From contig CALAQS010000288.1 of the NCBI GenBank assembly GCA_937888435.1, forward strand, positions 1 to 52,066: DNA of 52,066 nt. Direction: 5' to 3'. Below are positions 25,904-35,819 of this stretch, piece after piece. Within the stretch, counting starts at the first letter, position 1; each line of letters begins with the position of its first letter. Both the position numbers and the translations under genes were made by a program. The notes below the pieces were generated by a model. It saw only the letters and a program-made list of their open reading frames with translations, had not been told where the DNA came from and ran no database searches. This stretch comes from an uncultured Acidobacteriota bacterium. GTDB taxonomy: Bacteria; Acidobacteriota; Thermoanaerobaculia; UBA5066.

Positions 25904-26557
25904 TCAGACTTGAATGATTCCGCGGCGGAGGGCGAAGCGGATGAGCTCGGTTCGCCCGTGGACGCCGAGCTTGCCCATGACGTGCTCGCGGTGGGACATC
26001 GCCGTCTTCACGCCGATGCCGAGCAGCTCGGCGATCTCCTTGTTGCTGCGCCCCTCGGCCACGAGCTTCAGAACCTGCTTCTCGCGGTCGGTGAGCGTCT
26101 CGTACGCATCCACGGTCTGGATGCCGGCGGCCGCAGCCTCACGCTCTTCGAGAGCGACGCGCGCGACCTCGGGAGCGAGCACGAGGCCGCCGCGAACGAC
26201 CGCGCGGATGGCCGAGGCCAGCTCGGCGCCCGCCGCCTTCTTCAGGACATAGCCCGAAACGCCGATCTTGAGGAAGCGCGCGACGTACTCGCGGTCCTCG
26301 TACTGCGTGAGGACGATGATCTTCGTGCGCGGGCAGAGCTTGCGGATCTCGAGCGCGGCCTCGAGACCTCCGAGGTTCGGCATCGCGATGTCGAGGAGAA
26401 GGACGTCGGGGAGGATCTCGACGCAACGATCGATCGCCTGCCGTCCATCCTCGGCCTCGCCCACGACCTCGATGTCGTCCGCTTTCTGGAGGAGAGCCCT
26501 TACGCCTTCGCGCATGAGGGCATGGTCGTCGGCGATCACGACGCGCGTCCTAGGCAT
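25904..26557 (-). CDS. Response regulator, NarL/FixJ (LuxR-type HTH) family
   Basis: REC domain (VVIADDH..., LLLDIAMP, KIIVLT) plus LuxR HTH (LTDREKQVLKLVAEGRSNKEIAELLGIGVKTAMSHREHVMGKLGV). The ATG overlaps the kinase stop by 8 nt (ATGCCTAG). Confidence 0.9.
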   Translation of the reverse strand: MPRTRVVIADDHALMREGVRALLQKADDIEVVGEAEDGRQAIDRCVEILPDVLLLDIAMPNLGGLEAALEIRKLCPRTKIIVLTQYEDREYVARFLKIGVSGYVLKKAAGAELASAIRAVVRGGLVLAPEVARVALEEREAAAAGIQTVDAYETLTDREKQVLKLVAEGRSNKEIAELLGIGVKTAMSHREHVMGKLGVHGRTELIRFALRRGIIQV

Positions 26558-28367
26558 GGAAGACCTCTTTTGGAATCGGAATCTCGAGCGTGATGTGCGC
26601 GCCGTCGCCGGGCGCGGAGTCGAGGCTCATCTTCCCGCCGAGGATCTCCACGCGTTCGCGCATGCCGAGGAGACCGAGGCCGCGGCCTGTCTCCGACGGC
26701 AGCTCGACGCTCTTCGGGTCGAACCCCCGGCCGTCGTCCTCGATCTCGATGAGCAACCGCTTCTCGTCGGCGGCGATCTGCAGGAGGACGTTCTCGGCCT
26801 TCGCGTGGCGGGCCACGTTGAGGAGCGCCTCCTGCACGATCCGGAAGACCGCGGTCGCGACGTCCCTGGGCACGCGGCTCTCGACGTCCTCGAACTCGCA
26901 CCTCACGGCGATGCCGAGCGGCTCGATGTGGCGCGCGGCGTACCAGCGCACGGCGGCCAGGAGGCCGAGGTCGTCGAGGATCGACGGGCGCAGGTCGAAG
27001 ATGACGCGGTGCAGGTCGTCCAGGGCGCGTCCCGCGAGGCCCTTGACCTCCTCGAGGCGCGCGCGTATCCCGCTTTCCGGCAGCTCGCCGAGCGCGCTCT
27101 CGAGGCGGAAGGACAGAGCCACGATGGTCTGGCACGTCTCGTCGTGCAGCTCACGCGCAATGCGCATGCGCTCGCGTTCCTGCGCGCTCAAGAAGCGCTT
27201 GAGCAATTCGGCGCGCCTCTCGTCGCGGTCGCGCAGCTCCGCATAGAGGCGCTGAAGCTCCTGGGTGCGCGCAGCGACGCGCGCTTCGAGCTGCTCGTTG
27301 GCGCTCCGGATCTCGTCGAGCGACGCACCGAGGCGGACGCGCATCGTCTCGAGCGAGCGGCCGAGCCGGCCGACTTCGTCGTCGGGCAGCGGGGGAATCG
27401 GCCGCTCGAGGTCGCCGCTCGTGATGTGCTCGGCGGCGCGGGTGAGGACGAGGAGCGGCCGAAGCACGCTGCGCGCGGCGCCCCACGTGAAAAACGCCGC
27501 GAGCGCGAGAAAGACGGGCGTCAGGGCGAGCATCCGCCGCCGGAAAGCGTATGCGGGCGCGAAGGCGTCGGCCGCCCGTTCACGCACGACGACTCCCCAC
27601 GGGAACAGGTGAAGGGGTGCGAACGCGACGACATCCTCTCCCGCGCGGCCGGCGAACGGCCGCTGGTCGTGAAGGAGCGGCCGGAGGAGCTCGGGAGCGA
27701 CAGAAGGCCTCCGCGCGGGCCCCGTGTCCGTCGTCGCGACGACCTCGCCCGCGGCGTCGACGAGATCGGTCGCGTGGCCCTCGCCGGTTTGCGGGGCTGG
27801 CAGGAGGCTCGCGAAGACCGGCCGGGCGGGATCGAGGCTCGCCCCTGCGATGCCCGTGGTCTTCCCGTCGAGATCCACGAGCGGGACGAAGAGAAAGAGG
27901 CGTTGCGCGCCGTTCGGGAGCGTTGTCAGCGCGGACGCCGCGCGGCGGCCGGTCGCGATCGCCTCTTGGGCCGCCGGCATCGCGATGAGCCGGTCGTCAC
28001 GATGCCCGCCGGCCGGCTCCTCCCACAGGATCTCGCCGGCCGGGCTCAGAAGAAAAACGCTGGAGAACAAACGCGAGCGGCGATAGGTGGCGAGGAGCGC
28101 GGCCCTGCGAGCGGGGCTGTCGGGCTCGACGCCTCCGCCGTAGAGGCCCTCGAGGTCGTCGCGGATGATCTCCTCGACGTGGTCGACGGCGCTGCGGGCG
28201 AGACGCTGCTGGTCGCGCACGACACGGGCGGAGAGGTCGTCGAGGGCACTCATGCTCAGGATCCCGAGGATGACGAGCGGCGTGAGAAGCCCGAGGGCGA
28301 CGAGCAGGAGCGCCCGCGTCTGCAGGGCATTTCGGACCCCGAGGCGCGGATGTCGCTCGCCTCTCAC
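26550..28367 (-). CDS. Sensor histidine kinase, NarX-like (periplasmic Cache-like domain, HAMP, HisKA_3, HATPase_c)
   Basis: 605 aa. TM1 [19 protein letters not shown], a periplasmic region of about 250 aa, then TM2 [23 protein letters not shown] ([28 protein letters not shown]). H-box [18 protein letters not shown]-boxes EDDGRGF and [10 protein letters not shown]. The GTG start overlaps the cytochrome b stop (GTGA). Confidence 0.85.
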   Translation of the reverse strand: MRGERHPRLGVRNALQTRALLLVALGLLTPLVILGILSMSALDDLSARVVRDQQRLARSAVDHVEEIIRDDLEGLYGGGVEPDSPARRAALLATYRRSRLFSSVFLLSPAGEILWEEPAGGHRDDRLIAMPAAQEAIATGRRAASALTTLPNGAQRLFLFVPLVDLDGKTTGIAGASLDPARPVFASLLPAPQTGEGHATDLVDAAGEVVATTDTGPARRPSVAPELLRPLLHDQRPFAGRAGEDVVAFAPLHLFPWGVVVRERAADAFAPAYAFRRRMLALTPVFLALAAFFTWGAARSVLRPLLVLTRAAEHITSGDLERPIPPLPDDEVGRLGRSLETMRVRLGASLDEIRSANEQLEARVAARTQELQRLYAELRDRDERRAELLKRFLSAQERERMRIARELHDETCQTIVALSFRLESALGELPESGIRARLEEVKGLAGRALDDLHRVIFDLRPSILDDLGLLAAVRWYAARHIEPLGIAVRCEFEDVESRVPRDVATAVFRIVQEALLNVARHAKAENVLLQIAADEKRLLIEIEDDGRGFDPKSVELPSETGRGLGLLGMRERVEILGGKMSLDSAPGDGAHITLEIPIPKEVFHA

Positions 28368-29113
28368 GGTTTCGGCGGTATTTCCGGCGCGGGAGGCGCA
28401 CTCTCGCCGTGCGCGAGCTCGCCCGGCACGAGCTCACCCGGCACGAGCTCACCGTAGAGCCGGGCGTACTCGAGCGGGTGCTCGTGCCTGAGCCGTTCCT
28501 TGCTGATCTTGCCTGTGAAGATGCTCGCATCGTACGGGAAGATGCCGGGCGCGAGGTGGGCGTTGTAGATGTGCCAGGTGATGACGACGAGGAAGGCCAT
28601 GAGGCCTTCGTTGCTGTGCGCGACCTTCGAAACCGGGATCAGCTCGCCCGGAAAGAAGCGTGTCACGACCATGGGAAAGTAGAGGACGAGGCCGGTCGAG
28701 ATCATGACGAGGCCGCCGAGGACGAGCCCCCAGTACTCGAACTTCTGCCGGTAGTCGAACCGGTCGAACCTCGGCTGCGACTCCACGGCGCCGAGGTCGT
28801 AGCGGAGCTGCTGGACGGCGTCTATGAAGTCCTGGCGGTTCGGCAGCAGCGTGAGCTTCATCTTCCGCTGCGCCGCGAGGATCACGGCTGCGCCGAGATG
28901 CCACAGCGTGAGGAGCGAGAAGACGAGGCCCGAGGCGCGGTGGACGAAGCGCACGTGGTCGAGCCCTCCGAGAACGCTGACGATCCCGCGCGCCCACCCC
29001 GTCTCGAAGAACTTCTGCGGAAAGCCAGTCAACGCGAGGAGAACGAACGTCGTCATGACGACCACGTGCTCGAAGCGCTGCCTCCTCGAAAAGCGAACGG
29101 CGTATTCGGTCAT
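28364..29113 (-). CDS. Membrane b-type cytochrome, FdnI/HydC/PhsC-like (dihaem)
   Basis: ORF 28364..29521 trimmed to ATG 29113, which overlaps the upstream TGA (ATGA). 249 aa with 4-5 TM helices carrying conserved His: [62 protein letters not shown]. Confidence 0.75.
   Translation of the reverse strand: MTEYAVRFSRRQRFEHVVVMTTFVLLALTGFPQKFFETGWARGIVSVLGGLDHVRFVHRASGLVFSLLTLWHLGAAVILAAQRKMKLTLLPNRQDFIDAVQQLRYDLGAVESQPRFDRFDYRQKFEYWGLVLGGLVMISTGLVLYFPMVVTRFFPGELIPVSKVAHSNEGLMAFLVVITWHIYNAHLAPGIFPYDASIFTGKISKERLRHEHPLEYARLYGELVPGELVPGELAHGESAPPAPEIPPKP
28415..28454 (-). repeat. 15-nt tandem repeat (about 2.6 copies) encoding [13 protein letters not shown] in the cytochrome b C-terminal tail
   Basis: Plus-strand units gagctcgcccggcac, gagctcacccggcac and gagctcacc... 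are read directly from the sequence. Confidence 0.8.
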
Positions 29114-30168
29114 CTGTTCACCAGCACGCGCCAGAGGTGGAGGAGGATCTGCAGGCAGAGCCCTCCGATGATGAAGGGAATGAAGATCTTGTAGAAAACG
29201 CCGACCGCCCACACGAGAGGGGCCCTCTTCAGGCTCGGTTCGTAGTGCGAGAGCCACGCGGAGGGAAAGTTCTTCGAGGCGCCCACATGGCACTTCGCGC
29301 AGGTCTTCTGGAGGTTCGCCTTCAGCACCTGAGAGTTGCCGTCCCTGGCCTTCGTGATGTCGTGCGTGCCGTGGCAGTCGATGCAGAGCGCCGTGACGAC
29401 CTTCGGCTTCTCGCCGGAGGTGGCCAGCTTCGCGCTCATGCCGTGAAAGTCGGAAAGATACGACGCGAGAACGTTCGTCGAGAGGCCGTACTTGGCCATC
29501 ATCGGCTTGTTCGTGTGGCACTTGGCGCAGAGGTCGATCGTCGTGAGGCGCCAGTCCTTCGTGCGCGGGTCGGCGATGTCGTGCGCATGGTGGCAGTCGG
29601 TACAGACGGGCACGTCCGGATTGCCCGCGGCCAACGCCATGCCATGGACGCTCTTCGCATAGGTCTCGGCCATGTCGCCGTGGCAGGCCCCGCAGGTTTC
29701 GGAGACTCTCGTGCGCGGCACGGTGGGGTGCATGATGTCGTGCGCGCCGTGGCAGTCCACGCAGAAGGGCGCGCTGCCCCCCTTCGCGAGGATCTGGTAA
29801 TGCACGCCGTCGAGCGCTTTCGTGTAGTTCTCGAAGTGGCAGGTCTTGCAGAGATCCTTGAATCCCGCGCTGAAGGCCGCCTTGTCCTTCGCCGTAAGCG
29901 AAGCGTGCGGTACTTCGGTCTGCGCCGGATGGCAGCCCGTGCAGCCCTGCCGCGCGCCGTGGACGGACTTCTCGAAGACGTCTCGCGGCACGTAAAGAGA
30001 CTGCTTCTCACCGCTCGGAAGCGTGACCGACGCGTCCTTTTCGCCGTGGCAGCCCAGGCAGGTTTCGACTTCTTCGTTGCGCGTCGTCGAGGCCTCGGCC
30101 CGCAGGGAAGGTGACCCGGCCAGCGGGATCAAGAGAAGACAGAAAAAGCCCTCCCGGATCGACTTCAA
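29110..30168 (-). CDS. Nonahaem c-type cytochrome, periplasmic with C-terminal membrane anchor
   Basis: Nine CxxCH motifs: CLGCH, CTGCH, CKTCH, CVDCH, CGACH, CTDCH, CAKCH, CIDCH, CAKCH. C-terminal helix [23 protein letters not shown]. The ORF extends to TTG 30222. I prefer TTG 30168, which has GGAGG 7 nt upstream and gives the signal peptide (M)[25 protein letters not shown]. Confidence 0.85.
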   Translation of the reverse strand: MKSIREGFFCLLLIPLAGSPSLRAEASTTRNEEVETCLGCHGEKDASVTLPSGEKQSLYVPRDVFEKSVHGARQGCTGCHPAQTEVPHASLTAKDKAAFSAGFKDLCKTCHFENYTKALDGVHYQILAKGGSAPFCVDCHGAHDIMHPTVPRTRVSETCGACHGDMAETYAKSVHGMALAAGNPDVPVCTDCHHAHDIADPRTKDWRLTTIDLCAKCHTNKPMMAKYGLSTNVLASYLSDFHGMSAKLATSGEKPKVVTALCIDCHGTHDITKARDGNSQVLKANLQKTCAKCHVGASKNFPSAWLSHYEPSLKRAPLVWAVGVFYKIFIPFIIGGLCLQILLHLWRVLVNR

Positions 30169-30346
30169 CGACGCGCCTCCAGCGTCAAACTGAAGGCAAG
30201 GCTCGTTCGTCACAATAATCAAGGCGCACTAGCGAAAGCCATGGAACGAGCGAAACAAGTGGTCCTTCCGGAGACGTTTGCGGTCTGTTGCGCGCGGGAA
30301 AACGTGGGTCGGGGAGTCGCGCCGTCGCCTCGGCCATAATCCGCGC

Positions 30347-33300
30347 GTGACGCGGCGGAGGGATCCGCTGTTTCAGACGCTCGCCGCCGCACCCGCGGTG
30401 CAGCGTCTGGCCGGGCGGATCGAGGCGGGGATCCTCGGGACGTCGACGGGAAGCGTGTCTCTGTCGGGAGCGCCCCCCGGCCTCCTGCCCTACCTCCTCG
30501 AGGCCGTCGGCGCGCCGCTCGGACTGAGATGGCTCGTCGTGTTCGCACACGAGCGCGATGCCGCCGCCTTTTCGCGCGACGCCGCGAGCGTTCTCGGCGA
30601 AGAGCGCGTGGCGTTTTTTCCGGCGCCCGCGCTCTCGCCCTACCAGCAGATCGCGCCGTCGCTGAAAGTGCGGCGCGAGGAGTTCGGGACGCTGACGCGC
30701 CTCGCGGAAGGCTCGGTGGATCTTCTCGTCGTCCCGGCGCGAGCCCTGCTCCGGCGCCTGCCGCCGGCGGATGACTTCAAAAAGCGTACGCGCACTCTCG
30801 CGGCGGGCGACGAGATGCCGCCCGCGCGCATCGCCGAGGCGCTCCTCGACGAGGGCTACGCGCGCGCCGATCTCGTGACCGAGACCGGCGATCTCGCCGT
30901 GCGCGGGGGTCTTCTCGACGTCTTCCCGCCGCACCTCCCGGAACCCGTGCGCATCGAGTTCGATTTGAACGCCATCGCCTCGATCCGGTCGTTCGACCCC
31001 GATACGCAGCGGTCGACGGGCGCGCTCTCGATGGTGTCGCTCCCGCCTATGGCGCTCGCGCCTGACACACGCGCGACGCGCGAGACGGCGCAGCGCGTTC
31101 TCGCCGACTGCCGCACGGCGGTGGACGACCCGCCGGTGCCGCGCGACCTTTCGCTCGCGCGCCGCAACGACGGCCTCGAGGAGCTGCTGCCGCTTTTGGC
31201 CTCGGACGAAGCCCATATCCTCGACCATGCGGGGAACTTCGTCCTCGCCGTGGACGACCCCGACGCGGTCGCCGCGGAGCTCGTCCGCGCGGCAGACGTT
31301 CTCAACCTCGACTACGAGAAAGCCCGCAGGAAAGGACGCGTCGTGCCCGATCCGACGCGCCTCGCGGGAGACGCGGATCGGCTGAACCGGGATGTCGAAA
31401 AGCGCGTGCAGGTCGCGCTCCAACCGGCCGTGCCGGCGGGCGAGACGATTCCGATCGGAGCGGAGTCGGTCGTGTCGTTCGAGGACCGGCTGCCGGACGT
31501 GACGAAGGAAATTGCGCGCGCGCGGAGGGACGGCCTCGCCGTCGTGCTCGCGGCCGCGACGAAGGGCGAGCGCGAGCACGTGGAGCGGCTCCTTGCCGAA
31601 TACGAGATCGAGCACCAGGGAAAGGCCGAGGACGTGGTCTCTCCGCTCGTGCCAGGGGCGTGCCGTGTCCTCTCGGGCGGCCCGCGCTCGGGTTTCCTGT
31701 TCCGTCCGGCGGGCGTTTTCCTTCTTACGGCGGTTGATCTTTTCGGCGAGCCGCGCACCCAGGCGCCGAGAAGGAAGTCCGCGTCGGAGGCCTTCCTTTC
31801 GGACCTGCGCGACCTGAAGGTGGGCGACATCGTCGTGCACCGCGACTACGGGCTGGGACGGTTCGCCGGTCTCGCGCACGTCGAGGACGCGGGAGTCACG
31901 CGCGAGATGGTGGACGTGCGCTACGCGGGAGACGCGAAGCTGCTCGTCCCCGTCGAGCGACTGGACCTCATCCAGAAGTACGCCGCGGCAGGCGAAGGGC
32001 CGCTCCCCGCGCTCGACAGACTCGGCGGCCTCGGCTGGGAGAGGCGGAAGTCCTCGGTCAGGAAGGCCGTGAAGGACATCGCCGACCAGCTCCTGAAGCT
32101 CTACGCGCGCCGTGCGGCCGCGCCCGGGCACGCGTTCTCGAAGGACTCACCCTGGCAGGAGGAGTTCGAGGAGGCTTTCGAGTACACGGAGACGCCCGAC
32201 CAAGCCGCGGCGATACACGACGTGAAGCGGGACATGGAGTCCGACAAGCCGATGGACCGGCTGTTGTGCGGCGACGTGGGGTACGGGAAGACCGAAGTCG
32301 CGATGCGGGCGATCTTCAAGTGCGTGCTCGACGGCAAGCAGGCCGCGCTTCTTTCGCCCACGACGATCCTCACGGACCAGCACTTCCGTACGCTGAAGAG
32401 GCGGTTCGCGGCGTTTCCCGTTTCGATCGACATCCTGACGCGTTTTCGCTCGAAGGACGACCAGAAAGAGCTGCTGAGGCGCCTTCAGGGTGGAACGCTC
32501 GACGTCGTCGTGGGGACCCACCGGCTTCTCAGCAAGGACGTCGCGTTCAAGGATCTCGGCCTCCTCGTCGTGGACGAGGAGCAGCGCTTCGGCGTGGCGC
32601 AGAAAGAGCGCATCAAGTCGTGGCGCGCGTCGGTGGACGTCCTCGCGATGTCGGCGACGCCGATTCCGCGCTCGCTCCACCTGTCGCTCGCGGGCATTCG
32701 CGACCTTTCCGTCATCGAGACGCCGCCGAAGGATCGCCTCGCGATCGCGACGCACGTCGTGCCGGTGGACGACGCGGTCATCCGCGACGCGATCCGCGCG
32801 GAGGTCGACCGCGGAGGGCAGGTTTTCGTCGTCCACAACCGCATCGAGTCGCTCGGCTTCTGGCGCGAGAAGCTCGCGGCGCTCGTGCCGGAAGTCCGAG
32901 TCGTCACGGTCCACGGCCAGATGTCGGAAGGCGAGCTCGAGCGCGCGATGCGCGCGTTCGTCACACGCGCGGCCGATCTTCTCCTCGCCACGACGATCGT
33001 CGAGAACGGCCTCGACATCCCGTCGGCGAACACGATGCTCATCGACCGCGCCGAGATGTACGGTCTCTCGCAGCTCTACCAGCTTCGCGGGCGCGTCGGC
33101 CGCAGCGACAAGGCCGCGGCGTGCTGGCTCCTCGTGCCGCCGGGGATCGCGGTCTCGGATGACGCGCGCCGGCGCCTGCGCGCGATTCAGGAGTTCTCGG
33201 ACCTCGGCGCGGGGTTCCGCATCGCGGCGAAGGACCTCGAAATCCGCGGCGCGGGAAATCTCCTCGGCGGGGAGCAGTCGGGGCATATCGAGTCGGTGGG

Positions 33301-33859
33301 CTTCGAGACCTACGTGAACCTCCTCGAGGAGGCGATGGCCGAGCTGAAGGGCGAGCCGGTGCCCGAGACGCGCGACGTGACGCTTCAGCTCGGCGTGCCG
33401 CTCGCGATTCCACCGGCGTGGATTCCCGAGGAGAGCCTGCGCATGGCACTTTACAAGAGGATCGCGGCGGCGTCCGACGAGGAGATGCTCCTGCGCGAGG
33501 CCGCGACCGCAGCCGATCGCTACGGTGCGCCGCCGCCGGCGTTCTCACGGCTGCTCGACCTCGCGCGCCTCCGCCTCCTCGCGCGTGCCCTCGGCGTGAA
33601 GGCGCTCCAGCGCCGAGGCGACGAGCTGGCCGCTTCGTTGGAGAAGGACCACGGCCTCGATCCAGACAAAGTCGTCGCAATGCTCCGGAAGGGGGATCTC
33701 TTCGCGTCCGGCCCCGATGCCTTCCGGCTGCCGAAGGCGTTCGCCGGAATTCCCGCCGACGGCGCCGGCGTCCCGGGCCGCGCTGCGCGGGCTCTCCTCG
33801 ACCTCGCCGGGGCACGCGTGCGAGCGCTGCCGGTTTCGCTTTTCGCGGAGGCCGTGTGA
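30347..33859 (+). CDS. mfd: Transcription-repair coupling factor Mfd
   Basis: CarD/TRCF domain (VGDIVVHRDYGLGRFAGL), DEAD/DEAH helicase motifs (LCGDVGYGKTEVA, VVDEEQRFG, MSATPIPRS) and the TRG/C-terminal domain. Start is uncertain: TTG 30278 or GTG 30347. Confidence 0.9.
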   Translation: MTRRRDPLFQTLAAAPAVQRLAGRIEAGILGTSTGSVSLSGAPPGLLPYLLEAVGAPLGLRWLVVFAHERDAAAFSRDAASVLGEERVAFFPAPALSPYQQIAPSLKVRREEFGTLTRLAEGSVDLLVVPARALLRRLPPADDFKKRTRTLAAGDEMPPARIAEALLDEGYARADLVTETGDLAVRGGLLDVFPPHLPEPVRIEFDLNAIASIRSFDPDTQRSTGALSMVSLPPMALAPDTRATRETAQRVLADCRTAVDDPPVPRDLSLARRNDGLEELLPLLASDEAHILDHAGNFVLAVDDPDAVAAELVRAADVLNLDYEKARRKGRVVPDPTRLAGDADRLNRDVEKRVQVALQPAVPAGETIPIGAESVVSFEDRLPDVTKEIARARRDGLAVVLAAATKGEREHVERLLAEYEIEHQGKAEDVVSPLVPGACRVLSGGPRSGFLFRPAGVFLLTAVDLFGEPRTQAPRRKSASEAFLSDLRDLKVGDIVVHRDYGLGRFAGLAHVEDAGVTREMVDVRYAGDAKLLVPVERLDLIQKYAAAGEGPLPALDRLGGLGWERRKSSVRKAVKDIADQLLKLYARRAAAPGHAFSKDSPWQEEFEEAFEYTETPDQAAAIHDVKRDMESDKPMDRLLCGDVGYGKTEVAMRAIFKCVLDGKQAALLSPTTILTDQHFRTLKRRFAAFPVSIDILTRFRSKDDQKELLRRLQGGTLDVVVGTHRLLSKDVAFKDLGLLVVDEEQRFGVAQKERIKSWRASVDVLAMSATPIPRSLHLSLAGIRDLSVIETPPKDRLAIATHVVPVDDAVIRDAIRAEVDRGGQVFVVHNRIESLGFWREKLAALVPEVRVVTVHGQMSEGELERAMRAFVTRAADLLLATTIVENGLDIPSANTMLIDRAEMYGLSQLYQLRGRVGRSDKAAACWLLVPPGIAVSDDARRRLRAIQEFSDLGAGFRIAAKDLEIRGAGNLLGGEQSGHIESVGFETYVNLLEEAMAELKGEPVPETRDVTLQLGVPLAIPPAWIPEESLRMALYKRIAAASDEEMLLREAATAADRYGAPPPAFSRLLDLARLRLLARALGVKALQRRGDELAASLEKDHGLDPDKVVAMLRKGDLFASGPDAFRLPKAFAGIPADGAGVPGRAARALLDLAGARVRALPVSLFAEAV

Positions 33860-34737
33860 GGCGCGCACGGGCCCTGCGCGTTCTTTTGCTCGTGCTGCCT
33901 TTCGCGGGTTTTGTGACTTTCACGACGGTGGGCTGTGCGCGGAAGGGCGGCGCTCGCGCCGCGGGCAGGCCGGAAACGGTCGCGATGGCGGGCGAAAGGC
34001 CCGTCACGCTGGACGAATTCATGGCCTGGGCGAAGAAGGCGACGAGCGAAGACCCGAAAAACGTCTCGCCGCGTGTCCTTTCGAGCCTTCTCGACCAGTA
34101 CCTCGAAGAGGTGCTGCTCGCACGGGCGGTCGAAGCCGCCGAGCCCCCGGCCCCGGGAGCGAATCCCGTGGAGAAACGCCGCGCGTTCCTCGCCCGCTCG
34201 GCCGGGCTCGAAACGCTTCAGGACTCGGACCTCCGAAGGGAATACGACGCCCACCCCGAGCGCTACAAGAGGCCGGCGCTCCTGCGCGTGTCGCAGCTCC
34301 TCTTTTATGACAAGGAAAGCGCCGACGCGGCCGTGAAGCGGCTCGACCTCGGCGTGGCGTGGCTGGACGTGTCGCGCGAATCGAGTGTCGCGCCGAACGC
34401 CGCGTCCGGCGGTTCGCTGGGCCTGCTTTCTCGCGCGGACCTCCCGCGCGAGTTCGAAAAGGCCGTGTGGAACCTTCCCGCGGGCAAGAGAAGCCCGGTC
34501 GTCGCGACGCCGCACGGCTTCCACGTGTTCCGCATGGACGAGCGGCTGGACACACGCGACGTGACGTTCGAAGAGGCGCTGCCGGCGCTCCGGATGGCCG
34601 TGGCCGAGGACCGGAGCTCGAAAGCCGTGGAGGAGGCGATTGCGGGGGCGCGCCTCCGCTTCCCCGTGACGGTGGTCGAGGATCACCTTCCGTTCCCCTA
34701 CGTCGGAACGAACGCCCGCAACACCGCTCAGCGGTGA
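33856..34737 (+). CDS. Lipoprotein peptidyl-prolyl isomerase, PpiC/parvulin type
   Basis: ORF 33418..34737 trimmed to GTG 33856, which overlaps the mfd stop (GTGA). Lipobox-like signal RRARALRVLLLVLPFAGFVTFTTVGC. Parvulin motifs GGSLGLLSRADLPREFEKAVWNLPAGKRSPVVATPHGFHVFRMDE. Confidence 0.7.
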   Translation: MRRARALRVLLLVLPFAGFVTFTTVGCARKGGARAAGRPETVAMAGERPVTLDEFMAWAKKATSEDPKNVSPRVLSSLLDQYLEEVLLARAVEAAEPPAPGANPVEKRRAFLARSAGLETLQDSDLRREYDAHPERYKRPALLRVSQLLFYDKESADAAVKRLDLGVAWLDVSRESSVAPNAASGGSLGLLSRADLPREFEKAVWNLPAGKRSPVVATPHGFHVFRMDERLDTRDVTFEEALPALRMAVAEDRSSKAVEEAIAGARLRFPVTVVEDHLPFPYVGTNARNTAQR

Positions 34738-34776
34738 GGCCGGGACAGAGGCCCGGAATTCGCTAGACTGCGCCCC

Positions 34777-35808
34777 GTGAAGTCATTCCGGCGCCCGCCT
34801 GTCCTCTTTTTCGTCATGCTCGCCGCGGTCGTGTCCGTCGCCGTGCCGCTCCGCGCCGGCGAGATCATCAACCGCATCCTCGTGCACGTGAACTCGCGCA
34901 TCATCACGCAGAGCCAGTTCGACGCGCGCATCGAACAGACCGTGCGCGAGGCCGGTCCCCCGCCCAATGCCGCCAAGGGCGAGGAAATGAAAAAGAGCGT
35001 GATGGAGGAGCTCGTGAACGAGGCGCTCCTCGAGGACCGCGCCAAGGAGCTCGACCTCGTCACGTCCGACGCGGAGATCGAGGATCAGGTCAAGCGGCTG
35101 AAGGAACAGAACAACGTCACGACGGACGAGGACTTCGGCAAGGCCCTCGCCCAGTCTGGTCTCACGATCGACCGCCTGCGCGACCAGCTCCGCCGCACCG
35201 TGACGCTGCAACGCGTCGTGGGGCGCGAGGTGAACAGCAAGGTCGACCTGTCGGACGACGCCCTGCGGATCCTCTACGAGCGCGAGAAGGAGACGTGGCG
35301 GGTTCCTGAGAAGGCGCATCTCGCCGAGATCCTCGTGTCGAACGGCGACGATTCTGCGCGGGCGGCGCGCCGGGCGAAGGAGGCGTCGGACCTCATCAAG
35401 GGCGGCGCGAAGTTCGAGGCCGTCGTGAAGGACTATTCCGACGGCGCGACGAAGAGCCGGGGCGGCGACCTCGGGCTCGTCGCGAAAGGCGAGCTCACCG
35501 CGGAGATCGACAAGGCCGTCTTCTCGCTGCCCGTCGGCTCGGTGTCGGACCCGATCGGGACGAAGTTCGGCTGGCACCTCGTGAAGGTGATCGACAAGAT
35601 CCCGGTCTCGTACAAGCCGTTCGCCGACGTGAAAGCCGAGCTCCTGAAGCGTGAGCAGGACACTCAGTTCCAGAAGAAGCTCGCTGAGTACCTCGACAAG
35701 CTCAAGCACGACGCCGTCATCCGTGTTTTGCCCCCAGGGCAGGCGTATTACACGCCTCCAGTGGGTGTCGCCTTGCCGACGCCGACGCCGGCAGCGAAGA
35801 AAAAGTAG
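34777..35808 (+). CDS. SurA-like periplasmic chaperone / peptidyl-prolyl isomerase
   Basis: 343 aa with a GTG start and a signal peptide. SurA_N-like helical domain (INRILVHVNSRIITQSQFD...). One parvulin domain (GGDLGLVAKGELTAEIDKAVFSLPVGSVSDPIGTKFGWHLVKV). Confidence 0.75.
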   Translation: MKSFRRPPVLFFVMLAAVVSVAVPLRAGEIINRILVHVNSRIITQSQFDARIEQTVREAGPPPNAAKGEEMKKSVMEELVNEALLEDRAKELDLVTSDAEIEDQVKRLKEQNNVTTDEDFGKALAQSGLTIDRLRDQLRRTVTLQRVVGREVNSKVDLSDDALRILYEREKETWRVPEKAHLAEILVSNGDDSARAARRAKEASDLIKGGAKFEAVVKDYSDGATKSRGGDLGLVAKGELTAEIDKAVFSLPVGSVSDPIGTKFGWHLVKVIDKIPVSYKPFADVKAELLKREQDTQFQKKLAEYLDKLKHDAVIRVLPPGQAYYTPPVGVALPTPTPAAKKK

Positions 35809-35819
35809 CCACTCGGGCG

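Noticed and set aside
28415-28454. A 15-nt tandem repeat, considered as a possible CRISPR-like or regulatory repeat
   Set aside because: It has only about 2.6 adjacent copies with no spacers. It lies in frame inside the cytochrome b C-terminal tail, where it encodes [13 protein letters not shown]. It is a small coding tandem duplication, recorded as a repeat feature only.
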